Assembly (NCBI RefSeq): GCF_044704955.1
Contig: NC_091984.1
Span: 145,390,001-145,454,000, forward strand
From: Pristiophorus japonicus
Lineage: Eukaryota
Length of the DNA: 64,000 bases
Direction of reading: 5' to 3'
The notes below the pieces were generated by a model. It searched no databases. It saw only the letters and a list, made by a program, of their open reading frames with translations, and was not told the DNA's origin. A program made the position numbers and the translations under genes. This document shows, piece by piece, positions 1 to 9,774 of the stretch (positions are counted from its first letter, which is position 1; each line of letters opens with the position of its first letter).

Positions 1-288
1 CGGGCCAGCCCACACTGTGATATGTATGCGCACTAGGTCCGTGCAGCAGAGCAGGTCTCCAGTCATTCTGGTTTACCCTTGTCACTGGATAAAGGCCTAG
101 CCCTTTCAAGCCCGTGTGGTGGCTGATGTGCAACAGTCACCACATGTTAAAAAAAATCTACACACAGGCATCTTCCAACCACTCAATTGCCGTTCAGGTC
201 TAGAATATCGGGTTCTTCATTGAGACATCTCTGAACTCATTTGGAAGCAAGTCATCCTCGTTCGAGGGATCACCGAAGATGGTGATGA
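1..288 (+). mobile_element. 3' end of an RTE-clade LINE or RTE-tailed SINE
   Basis: Ends in GGAAGCAAGTCATCCTCG...GATGGTGATGA. The same tail occurs in reverse at ~24955 and at ~37985, where it adjoins RTE-type ORF2 sequence. Confidence 0.55.
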
Positions 289-401
289 GTAGGTCAGTGA
301 GGTCATGGGCAGTAGGTCAGTGAGGTCATGGGCAGTAGGTCAGTGAGGTCAGGGGCAGTAGGTCAGTGAGGTCAGGGGCAGCAGGTCAATGAGGTCAGGG
401 G
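289..401 (+). repeat. 23-bp minisatellite, 5 copies (GTAGGTCAGTGAGGTCATGGGCA-like)
   Basis: AGGTCA pairs at 291/300, 314/323, 337/346, 360/369 and 383/392, giving a period of 23. Confidence 0.95.
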
Positions 402-409
402 CCAATACG

Positions 410-1030
410 TGAGTGATGGGGGGGGAGAGAGGAGGGGGAGTGAGGGGGAGGGGGGGAGAGAGGAGGGGGAGTGAGAGTGAGGGGGGGGAGGAGATGGGGG
501 AGGGAGGGAAGGGAGGGAGTGGAGGGGGGAAGGGGGGAAGGAGGGGAGGGGAAGGGAGGAAGGGGGAGGAGGAGAGGGGAGAGAGGAGGGGGGAGAGAGG
601 GAGTGGGGGGAGAGAAGAGGGGGAGAGAGAAAGGCAGGTGGAGAGAGAAGGAGGGGAGAGAGAAGGGGGAGTGAGAGAGAGAGGGGGGAGAGAGAGAGAG
701 GGGGGAGAGAGAGAGGGGGGGAGAGAGAGAGGGGGGAGAGGGGGGGGAGAAAGGTGGGGGAGAGTGGGGGTGGAAGAGAGGGAGAGAGGAGGGGGAGAGA
801 GAGGGGGGGGAGAAAGAGGGGGGGATGGGGAAGGGGGAGGAGGGGGAGGGGGAGAGAGGGAGGGGGGAGAGGGAGAGGGGGGGAGAGGGAGAGGGAGGGG
901 GGGAGAGCGGGAGGAGGGGGGGGAGAGGGCGGGCCGAGCGTCGGCGGAGGGAGGGAGGGTGGCATGAGCGTCTCCGGGGGGAGGGAGGGTAGGAGGGCCG
1001 AGCGTCGGCGGGGGTAGGGAGGCACAAACG
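410..1030 (+). repeat. G/A-rich low-complexity polypurine tract
   Basis: About 600 bp almost entirely G and A. The overlapping Pro/Ser-rich and Gly/Glu/Arg-rich ORFs are artefacts of this composition. Confidence 0.95.
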
Positions 1031-1339
1031 TCACCGGGAGGAGGCCTGTACGTAAGGGCGAGGCGTGAAGTTCGGGCCCAAACCTGTGGATGGAGCGGGT
1101 TGAGGCTCACAGCCGTTGAGATCACCGGGGATTGGTCGGAGAAGCTGAGTCGGCCAATGGGGAGTGAGAAATGAGAAGCGAGGGTCCAGCTGGATGGACA
1201 TGGCAGCAGGCAGGTCGACCTGGAAGGTAGGCTGAGTATGGGGGATGGGCAGTGGGACCTTGTGCACGGGATTTTAGGGCTTTTGGGGTAGGTAAAATAC
1301 TTTCACCGCAGTCAAGTCCACCTACGGCCCAAGGCCCCA

Positions 1340-2615
1340 CCCCACTGCTCGCCAAGAACAGGGAGACACTCACCAAGGACACCAAGGCAGTCAGGACTCA
1401 CTGGAAGGAGCACTTTGAAGATCTCCTTAATTGAGACTCAGCCTTAGACACGAGTGTCCTCGACTCCATTCGCAGCATGCTACCCGCGACCTTCCCAGTA
1501 AAACCCCAGCCCTGCACGAGGTTGAAACATAGAAACATTGAAAATAGGTGCAGGAGTAGGCAATTCGGCCCTTTGAGCCTGCACCACCATTCAATAAGAT
1601 CATGGCTGATCATTCACCTCAGTACCCCTTTCCTGTTTTCTCTCCATACCCATTGATCCCTTTGGCTGTAAGGGCCATATCTAACACTCTCTTGAATATA
1701 TCCAATGAATTGGTATCAACAACTCTCTGCGGCAGGGAATTCGACAGGTTAACAACTCTCTGAGTGAAGAAGTTTCTCCTCATCTCAGTCCGAAATGGCC
1801 TACCCACTATCCTGACTGTGTCCCCTGGTCTGGACTTCCCTAACATTGGGAACATTATTCCCTGTCCCGTCCCGTCAGAATCTTAAATGATTCTATGAAA
1901 TCCCCTCTCATCGTTCTAAACTCCAGTGTATAAAGTCCCAGTTGATCCAGCCTCCCCTCATATGTCATTTGTCAGCTCAAGAACAACAATGCATCGGGAG
2001 CGGATGGAATCGCTGCTGAGGCATTAAAGTATGGCAGAGAGGCATTATTGGCACGAATGCATAACCTCACCTCTCTCATCTGGAAGGAGGAGAGCATGCT
2101 GGGAGATATCCGAGATGCAGCAATCCTGATCCATCTTTGAAAACGGGGACAAGTCCGACTGCGGCATCCGCAGAGGAATCTCCCTGTTATCAGCCACTGG
2201 GAAAGTCATCGCTAGAATCCTCATCAACCGTCTTCTCCCTGTGGCTGAGGAGCTCCTGTCGGAGTCACAATGCGGATTCCGTCCACTACGGATACAACGG
2301 ACATGATATTTACAGCGCAACAACTGCAAGAGAAAAGCAGGGAACAGCACCAACCCTTGTCCATGGCCTTCTTTGACCTTACAATGGCCTTTGACACTGT
2401 TAAACACAAGGGTCTGTGGAGCGTCGTCCTCCGTTTCGGCTGCCCCCAAAAGTTTGTCGCCATTCTCAGTCTGCTCCACGATGACATGCAGGCCGTGATC
2501 CTGACCAATGGATCCATCATAGACCCAATCCACGTCTGGACCTGGATCAAGCATGGCTGCGTCATCGCGCAAACTCTCTTCTCGATCTTCCTCACTGCAA
2601 TGCTCCACCTCATAC
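1340..2615 (+). mobile_element. Degenerate RTE-clade LINE ORF2 (RT) fragment interrupted by a CR1
   Basis: Peptides WKEHFEDLLN, TTDMIFTAQQLQEKSREQHQPLSMAFFDLTMAFDTV and IKHGCVIAQTLFSIF, with frameshifts. Confidence 0.85.
1525..1967 (-). mobile_element. CR1 LINE 3' fragment nested in the RTE
   Basis: ORF 1619-1855 has RPFRTEMRRNFFTQRVVNL...GYGEK, and the reverse tail CATAGAAA is at 1528. Confidence 0.9.
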
Positions 2616-2616
2616 T

Positions 2617-2760
2617 ATTGGAGGACCAATAGGAAGGGGCCATGTTTCGTGGTCCCTACAGGAAGGACAATATAGGAAGGAGCCATGTTTCTTGGTCCAT
2701 ATTGGGGGACCAATCGGAAGGAGCCGTTTTTCCTGGTCCCTATTGGAGGACCAGTGGGAC
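2617..2760 (+). repeat. Degenerate ~42-44 bp tandem repeat, about 3 copies (GGACCAATAGGAAGGAGCCATGTTT...GGTCC)
   Basis: Visible repeated unit at ~2620, ~2665 and ~2708. Confidence 0.7.
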
Positions 2761-3379
2761 ATGGAGTCCATGGTCGACGTTGAGTGCGACCCTTCCTGTT
2801 GTAAATGTGGGATCGTTGGCACCTGATCCCAGTAAAAACACCCTGACCCGGAGCGGGGCCATGGAAGGAGAAACAGAGGGGAAGGGATTCGAAGATGTTC
2901 TGAGCGGACAGGTTGGGGCAGTGGGTCAGACACTGTCCAGTCGCTTCAGCTCACACTGATGGGGTGAGGATCTCCTTGCTCTGCTGGGCCTTCATGAAAT
3001 GTGCTTTCTGTCCAAACCGGTCCCCACTGAGAAGAGGCCCACAGCACAGAAAGGCTCTTAATTGGGCAATAAGCAGCCAGTGTACTGAGAGAGGCCAAGG
3101 GATGGCCATTGTGGGGAATAGGCCCTGACTCCAGGAGAAGGCATGGTCTGGGGTCAAGGGTTAATTGGTGGGGCAGGGCACAGGGAGGTTTACTCTGCAG
3201 TTCAGTGTGCTGCACCTGGGAGTCTGTGGGGGAGGGACAGGGAGCGAGAGAGAGGCTGTGAATCAGAGTCAGAGAGGTGTAGAGGGAAGCTGTGAGACAG
3301 AGGGCGATGAAGGCTGAGACAGACAGACAAACAGAGAGACAGAGACAGGGAGAGGGACTGCGGGAGGGAGAGAAGAGGA

Positions 3380-3500
3380 GGAAGTGAAATGTGCTGACGT
3401 TGCTTTCTCTGAGTGAAGACATTTACATACTGAGGGATGGGCAGTGAGACTCTCACAGGCTGCAGGTTTCTAAAGCAGCGCCCAGTGAAGGGCAGTTTAT
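3380..3500 (+). promoter_or_regulatory. Ig light-chain V promoter: Ets-IRF composite element, CRE-like half site and octamer variant
   Basis: GGAAGTGAAA at 3380-3389 fits GGAAnnGAAA. TGACGT lies at 3395-3400. ATTTACAT at 3421-3428 is one mismatch from the octamer ATTTGCAT and sits ~110 bp upstream of the leader ATG. Confidence 0.7.
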
Positions 3501-3533
3501 CAGTAAGCAGGCACAGGGACAGGAGCAGAGACC

Positions 3534-3582
3534 ATGATTTCACCCATCCAGCTGATCTGGCCTCTGGCATTCTGCGTCGCAA
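3534..3582 (+). CDS. IGKV: Ig kappa-type light-chain leader exon (MISPIQLIWPLAFCVA + 1 nt)
   Basis: ACCATG Kozak context, hydrophobic peptide and a phase-1 GT donor at 3583. A polypyrimidine/AG acceptor at 3762 is followed by -ISGDIIM. It resembles the shark type III/NS4 leader. Confidence 0.9.
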
Positions 3583-3762
3583 GTACCAATCTCTCTCCTT
3601 CCACGTTTAATATCTCCCTGCTGTCGATTCTTTCCAACTCTACTGACCAGTGATTGAAGGGCAAATGCTGACACTAGAGGAGAGCTCAGTGTCTCGAGCA
3701 ATCTCTCAATTTACAGCGTCTTTCTAAGACAGTGCTTACTTCACTTTTTTTCCCCATTTCAG

Positions 3763-5329
3763 GTATCAGTGGGGACATCATCATGCTTGACAAATCTTCT
3801 GGAATTTTTTGAGGATGTTTCCAGTAGAGTGGACAAGGGAGAACCAGTTGATGTGGTATATTTGGACTTTCAGAAGGCTTTCGACAAGGTCCCACACAAG
3901 AGATTAATGTGCAAAGTTAAAGCACATGGGATTGGGGGTAGTGTGCTGACGTGGATTGAGAACTGGTTGTCAGACAGGAAGCAAAGAGTAGGAGTAAATG
4001 GGTACTTTTCAGAATGGCAGGCAGTGAGTAGTGGGATACCGCAAGGTTCTGTGTTGGGGCCCCAGCTGTTTACATTGTACATTAATGATTTAGATGAGGG
4101 GATTAAATGTAGTATCTCCAAATTTGCGGATGACACTAAGTTGGGTGGCAGTGTGAGCTGCGAGGAGGATGCTATGAGGCTGCAGAGTGACTTGGATAGG
4201 TTAGGTGAGTGGGCAAATGCATGGCAGATAAAGTATAATGTGGATAAATGTGAGGTTATCCACTTTGGTGGTAAAAACAGAGAGACAGACTATTATCTGA
4301 ATGGTGACAGATTAGGAAAAGGGGAGGTGCAACGATACCTGGGTGTCATGGTACATCAGTCATTGAAGGTTGGCATGCAGGTACAGCACGCGGTTAAGAA
4401 AGCAAATGGCATGTTGACCTTCATAGCAAGGGGATTTGAGTACAGGGGCAGGGAGGTGTTGCTACAGTTGTACAGGGCCTTGGTGAGGCCACACCTGGAG
4501 TATTGTGTACAGTTTTGGTCTCCTAACCTGAGGAAGGACATTCTTGCTATTGAGGGAGTGCAGCGAAGGTTCACCAGACTGATTCCCGGGATGGCGGGAC
4601 TGACCTATCAAGAAAGACTGGATCAACTGGGCTTGTATTCACTGGAGTTCAGAAGAATGAGAGGGGACCTCATAGAAACGTTTAAAATTCTGACGGGGTG
4701 AGACAGGTTAGATGCAGGAAGAATGTTCCCAATGTTGGGGAAGTCCAGAACCAGGGGACACAGTCTAAGGATAAGGGGAAGCCATTTAGGACCGAGATGA
4801 GGAGGAATTTCTTCACCCCGAGAGTGGTGAACCTGTGGAATTCTCTACCACAGAAAGTAGTTGAGGCCAATTCACTAAATATATTCAAAAAAGAGTTAGA
4901 TGGAGTCCTTACTACTAGGGGAATCAAGGGGTATGGTGAGAAAGCAGGAATGAGGTACTGAAGTTGCATGTTCAGCCATGAACTAATTGAATGGCGGTGC
5001 AGGCTAGAAGGGCCGAATGGCCTACTCCTGCACCTATTTTCTATGTTTCTATGACCCAGTCTCCCCCGGTGATGTCAGTGAGTGAGGGACAGACTGCAAA
5101 GATCACCTGTACCGCCAGTGCATACATTGGTGCTGCCCTTGCTTGGTACCAGCAGAAAGCCGGGCAGAAACCCTCTCTGCTGATCTATGCGGCAACATCT
5201 CGTTTCACTGGAACCTCCAATCGCTTCAACGGCAGTTACCAGTCCAACACGTTCACCCTGAGCATCAGCAACGTGCAGAGCGAGGATGTCGCAGTCTATT
5301 ACTGTCAGCAATATAATAGCTTCCCTCTA
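3763..5329 (+). pseudogene. IGKV: Ig kappa (shark type III/NS4-like) V segment split by a CR1 insertion (pieces 3763-3785 and 5054-5329)
   Basis: Joining the pieces gives ISG-DIIM|TQSPPVMSVSEGQTAKITCTASAYIGAALAWYQQKAGQKPSLLIYAATSRFTGTSNRFNGSYQSNTFTLSISNVQSEDVAVYYCQQYNSFPL, with both Cys, WYQQ and DxAxYYC conserved. Read-through into the LINE stops at TGA 3810-3812. Confidence 0.95.
3786..5053 (+). mobile_element. 5'-truncated CR1 LINE (RT C-terminal half, 3' UTR and TTTCTATG tail) inserted in V FR1
   Basis: 310-aa ORF with YLDFQKAFDKVPH, QGSVLGP and FADDTKL. The tail TTTTCTATGTTTCTATG abuts ACCCAGTCT of the V. Confidence 0.97.
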
Positions 5330-5357
5330 CACTGTGATACACAGCCACACAAAAACC
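5330..5357 (+). other. 12-spacer recombination signal sequence of V
   Basis: CACTGTG (5330-5336), a 12-nt spacer ATACACAGCCAC, and a perfect nonamer ACAAAAACC (5349-5357). Confidence 0.95.
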
Positions 5358-5719
5358 TCAATATACACAGCCCCACCTCCTGTATTGACTAACCCCACAG
5401 TTATATATAATATATAATAATGGACACACAGCCCCACCTCCTGTACGGTTTTACACATGACTGACACACAGCTCGATGGGAGTGATGGCAGGAATATTCA
5501 GCTCGAAGCTGCAGTGAATTGGGAAAGGATGGAGTGGGTCAGAGAGGAGTTGGGGCTGTGTCTTCATCACTGACAATCTCACAGCTCTACTCTGTACATT
5601 CAGATAGCACGGAGACACTGGGTGGTCCCTGTGTCCTCAATCCAAATAATCTCACAAACCCCCCACTATTGAGAGGGCCACAACTTATAAAACCCAAAGC
5701 ATAAACATGAAAGGAAAGT

Positions 5720-6100
5720 GAACAAGTGAAATGTTCGTGATCTTTCCCTGCCCACCCCGCACTCCAGGCCCTGCGGTGCCCAACCGTCGCAGATGCCTCA
5801 GGCCTACCCTAGGCTCTGTCCCCACGGCCAGCTGGATGTGGACAAAGCATCTGAAGGGAGGGAGACAGGCAGACAGTGCAATCACCCCATGAGCCCTGTC
5901 CAACTGGGACCTGTGGATGGCCACCTTGGCCTGATCCAGGAGCAGGCCCACGGGGAGGCCCTCCGACCTGCCCGATTCCCCTGCACCAGGTGACCAGGCC
6001 CAGGAGCGTGGGACTGAAGTGGAGCCAGAAATCGAGGAGCAGCCCCTTCAAATAGTGGAAGAGGGGCTGCATCCTCTCACACTCCACGTACACACGGGTC
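5720..6100 (-). mobile_element. Tx1/L1-clade non-LTR retrotransposon ORF2 C-terminal fragment in the V-J interval
   Basis: Peptides VYVECERMQPLFHYLKGLLLDFWLHFSPTLL and GLLLDQAKVAIHRS resemble the Tx1-type ORF2 C-terminus (recognised from memory, not by search). Confidence 0.65.
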
Positions 6101-6379
6101 ACGGACTGAGGAAACAGGTTTCTAAAGCCCCTGAAACTCGTTATTTTATAATGATCCCGAGGAAGGCCTGTGTCAGCAACACAACATTTCGCTTGCAGAC
6201 GGAGCCCGTTGTTCAAGGAGCACAAAGAGGTGAGGCCTGTGTGAAGGGGACTTTCATTCTCCAGCAATTCCGTGGCCCCAGGGTTACCGTCTGATGGGGC
6301 GGGAAGGGCAGCTGGGAGATTTGTCCCAAACACGTCGGATCCCCAACTCTCCTGGGCACTACCACAGGCAACTCGTCAC

Positions 6380-6635
6380 AGAGTGAGAGGGAGGGAGTGA
6401 GTGAGGGACAGGGAAAGAGAGTGAGTGAGGGACGGAGTGAGGCGGAGTGAGTGAGGGAGGGAGGTGGAGGGGGAGAGGGAGGGAGTGAGAGAGGCAATCA
6501 GAGAGAGAAACAGAATGAGAGAGAGAGAGTGAGAAAGAGAGAGAAAAAGTGAGGGAGAGTGAGACGCTGAAAAAGACACAGACACAGACACACACACAGA
6601 CAGAAAGAGGGGGAGAGAGACTGAGTGAGCCAGGG
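6380..6635 (+). repeat. GA/CA-rich simple repeat upstream of the J RSS
   Basis: (GA)n, (GTGA)n and (CA)n runs. Confidence 0.85.
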
Positions 6636-6640
6636 ACGGA

Positions 6641-6679
6641 GGATATTGTACAGCAACTGCACTGGAAGCTGTCACTGTG
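6641..6679 (-). other. 23-spacer recombination signal sequence of J
   Basis: On + it reads GGATATTGT (6641-6649; consensus GGTTTTTGT, 2 mismatches), exactly 23 nt, then CACTGTG (6673-6679). V-12/J-23 is the kappa-type arrangement. Confidence 0.9.
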
Positions 6680-6713
6680 GCTCACGTTCCTAAAGGAACC
6701 AAGCTCAGACTGA
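6680..6713 (+). pseudogene. IGKJ: Ig kappa J segment with a 1-nt-short F-G-x-G motif
   Basis: G CTC ACG TTC CT AAA GGA ACC AAG CTC AGA CTG A|GTAAGT puts LTF and KGTKLRL in different frames. The phase-1 donor GTAAGT at 6714 is perfect. Confidence 0.9.
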
Positions 6714-6829
6714 GTAAGTAAACCCCAATGCTCCGTTATTAACACTTTAAATACTGAATCTTTCTAAGACACAAATGCTGAATATGCGAAGGTGTTAGTT
6801 CACATATGATTACACACGATCCTCCCGTC

Positions 6830-7235
6830 TTTCCTCATCTAAATCTATCAGCATAACCCTCTATTCCCTTCTCCCTCATATCTCTGTCGAGCCTCCCCTT
6901 AAATACATCAATACTATTCACTTCAATCACTCCATGTGGTAGCCAGTTCCACATTCTCACCACTCGCTGGGTAAAGAATTTTCTCCTGAATTCCCGATTG
7001 GATTTCTTGCTGACTATCTCATATTGATGGCCTCTAGTTCTGCTCTTCCCCACAAGTGGAAACACTCTCTCTGTATCCACTCTATCAAAACCTTTCCCAA
7101 TGTTAAAGACCTCGATCAGGTCACCCCTCAGCCTCAAGAGAAAAGAGCCCCAGCCTGTTCATCCTTTCCTGATATGTACACTCTCGCATTTCTGGTCCCA
7201 TCCTTGTAAACCTTCTCTGCACCCTCTCCAGTGCC
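6830..7235 (-). mobile_element. Older CR1 3' fragment
   Basis: RLRGDLIEVF...RRKFFTQRVVRMWNWLP. Confidence 0.85.
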
Positions 7236-7797
7236 TGTGTATGGGTTATATAATATGGTGGGGAGCTGCGGTGAATGAAAGTGTTAATTGAAGAGTGCTG
7301 TGTATGCCAGGGTGCCCGGCTGTATTCCTTTACCCACACTCCCCCTTCACCCAGCAAAGTATAAGTAATGAACTGTTACCCACCGTGTGGAGGAGATCTG
7401 AACGTTGGCACACTGCGGTCCCATCCCTGCACCATCCCCGAAAATCGTTCCCGAGCCTCCTGCCTGTCTCAGTGTGACAGACACGGTGTGTGAGACACGG
7501 TCAGAGTGTGGGTGTGAGTGAGTGAGCTCGCTGGGGGCAGTCTGTGCTCCTGTCACAGTCTCTGATATAACTGAGCTCAGCCTCAGCACACTGACACTCC
7601 CGAGGTCCCACCTCCCCCAGCTCCAACTCTGATCTGTCCAGCCGCCGCTCACCTCCTGTCCAACTTCTGATCACAAACAGGGGCAGCAGGGCTCGCAATC
7701 CGGCGGCTGCAGTGCTCCAGGGTTGTGGGGAGACTCTCAGTTGCTGTTTCTGTGGCTCGAGTTCAGGCCGATATTTATCCCTCAACATACATCGCTT

Positions 7798-9508
7798 AAA
7801 CATAGAAAATAGGAGCAGTAGTAGGCCATTCGGCCCTTCGAGTCTGCACCGCCATTCAATATAATCATGGCTGTTCCTCTATCTCAACACCATATTCCCG
7901 CTTTTTCCCCATACCCCTTGATGCCTTTTTGTTTCTAGAAATCCATCTATCTGCCTCTTAAATATATTCAGTGACTTGGCCTCCACAGCCTTCTGTGGTA
8001 GAGAATTCCACAGGTTCACCACCCTCTGAGTGAAAACATTTCTCCTCATCTCATTTGTAAATTTCCTACCTCGTATCCTGAGACTGTGACTCCTTGTTCT
8101 AGACTTTCCAGCCCGGGAAAACATCCTCCCCACATCCAGTCTGTCCAAACCAGTCAGAATTTTATACGTTTCAATGAGATCATCTCTCACTCTTCTAAAC
8201 TCTAGTGTATACAGACCTAATCGTCCAAATCACTGCTCATACGACAGTCCTGTCCATCCCAGGAATCAGTCTGGTGATCCTTCGCTGCACTCCGTCTATG
8301 GCAAGTATATCCTTTCTTAGGTAAGGAGACCAAAACTGCACACAATACTCCAAGTGCGGTCTCACCAAGGCCCTGTAGTGAGACATCCTTGCTCCTGTAC
8401 TCAAATCCTCTTGCAATGAAGGCCAACATACTATTTGCCTTCTTAACTGCTTGCTGCACCTGTATGTTTGCTTTCACTGACTGGTGTACAAGGACGCCCA
8501 GGTCCCTCTGTCCATCGACACTTCCCAAGCTATCACCATTTAAATAATACTTTGTCCTTATGTTTTTCCCACCAAAATGAGTAACTTCACATTTATCCAC
8601 AATATGTTACATCTGCCATGTGTTTGCTCACTCACTCAACCGATCTAAATCGTCTTGCAGCGTCTTTGCATCTCCACACAACTCACAATCCCACCTAATT
8701 TTGTGTCGTCAGCAGACTTGGAAATATAACATTTGCTTCCCTCATCCAAATCATTTATATATATATATATATATATATATATCTGGGGCCCAAGCACTGA
8801 TCCCTGTGGTACCCCACTCGTCACTGCCCGCCACCCTGAAACACACCCATTTATTCCAACTGTTTCCTGTCAGTTAACCAATTTTCAATCCATGCCAATA
8901 CATTACCCACAATCCTATGTGCTTTAATTTTGCACACTAACCTCTTATGTGGGATTTTTATCAAAGGGCTTCTGAAAATCCAAATACACTACATCCACTG
9001 GTTATCCCTTATCTATTCTGTCAGTTGCATCCTCCAAAAACTCCAGTAGATTTTTCAAACGTGAATTTCCTTTCATAAATCCATGTTGACTTTGTTTAAT
9101 CCCGTTGATATTATCTAAGTGTGCCGTTATTACATCCTTTATAATAGACTCTAGCATCTTCCCTACTACTGATATCAGGATAACCGGTCTGTAATTCCCC
9201 GTTTTCTCTCTCCCTCCTTTTTTTAAATAGTGGGGTTACATTTGCCACCCTACAATCTGCAGGAACTGTTCCATAATCTATAGAATTTTGAAAGATGACA
9301 ACCAATGCATCTACTATTTCCATGGCTACCTCTTTTTTAGTAGTCTGGGATGCAGATCATCAGGCCCTGGGGATTTATCGGCCTTCAGTCCCATTAGTTT
9401 CTCCAGCTCTATTTTGTTACGAACAATCGTTTCCTTTAATTCCTCTTGCTCACTAGACCTTAGGTTCCCTAGCATTTCTTGGACATTATTTGTGTCCTCT
9501 TTCATGAA
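7798..9508 (-). mobile_element. CR1 LINE, 5'-truncated and degenerate, with an internal (TA)n at ~8756-8782
   Basis: Tail at ~7800 and multiple RT fragments (7879-8190, 8217-8600, 9111-9323). Confidence 0.9.
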
Positions 9509-9774
9509 GAGGTCATTCAACCCATTGCTGTGTGTGAGAGCTTGCTGTGCACAAATTGGTTGCCGTGTTTCCCACATTACAACAGTGACTACACTTAAAA
9601 ATGTACTTCATTGGCTGTGAAGCACTTTGGGACCTCCTCAGGTGTGAAAGGTGCAATATAATTGCAGGTCTTTCTTTAATTTGGCTTTTCTTTTTATTAT
9701 CTGGGACTCGCACAATTCCCTGCTGATTAAACCTGGACCCAGCAGAAAATCCCCAGAACACGGACTAATGTTCC

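Noticed and set aside
349-1125. Long Pro/Ser-rich and Gly/Glu/Arg-rich ORFs (extensin-like)
   Set aside because: They are open in several frames on both strands only because the G/A tract lacks stop codons.
5057-5059. Cryptic CAG acceptor after the CR1 tail that might rescue V
   Set aside because: Splicing the phase-1 leader to 5060 is out of frame and reaches TGA within about 9 codons.
4991-5392. 133-aa ORF as an intact V gene
   Set aside because: The first 20 residues come from the CR1 3' UTR, there is no signal peptide, and the tail reads through the RSS.
5447-5485. GGTTTTACA nonamer-like site (extra J or D RSS)
   Set aside because: There is no acceptable heptamer at 12 or 23 nt and no J-like coding sequence.
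3534-6713. Germline-joined VJ gene, as known for some shark light chains
   Set aside because: V and J are separated by ~1.35 kb and each keeps its RSS.
7420-7460. Minus-strand TIFGDG as an inverted J segment
   Set aside because: No TxLxV-type continuation, RSS or properly placed donor.
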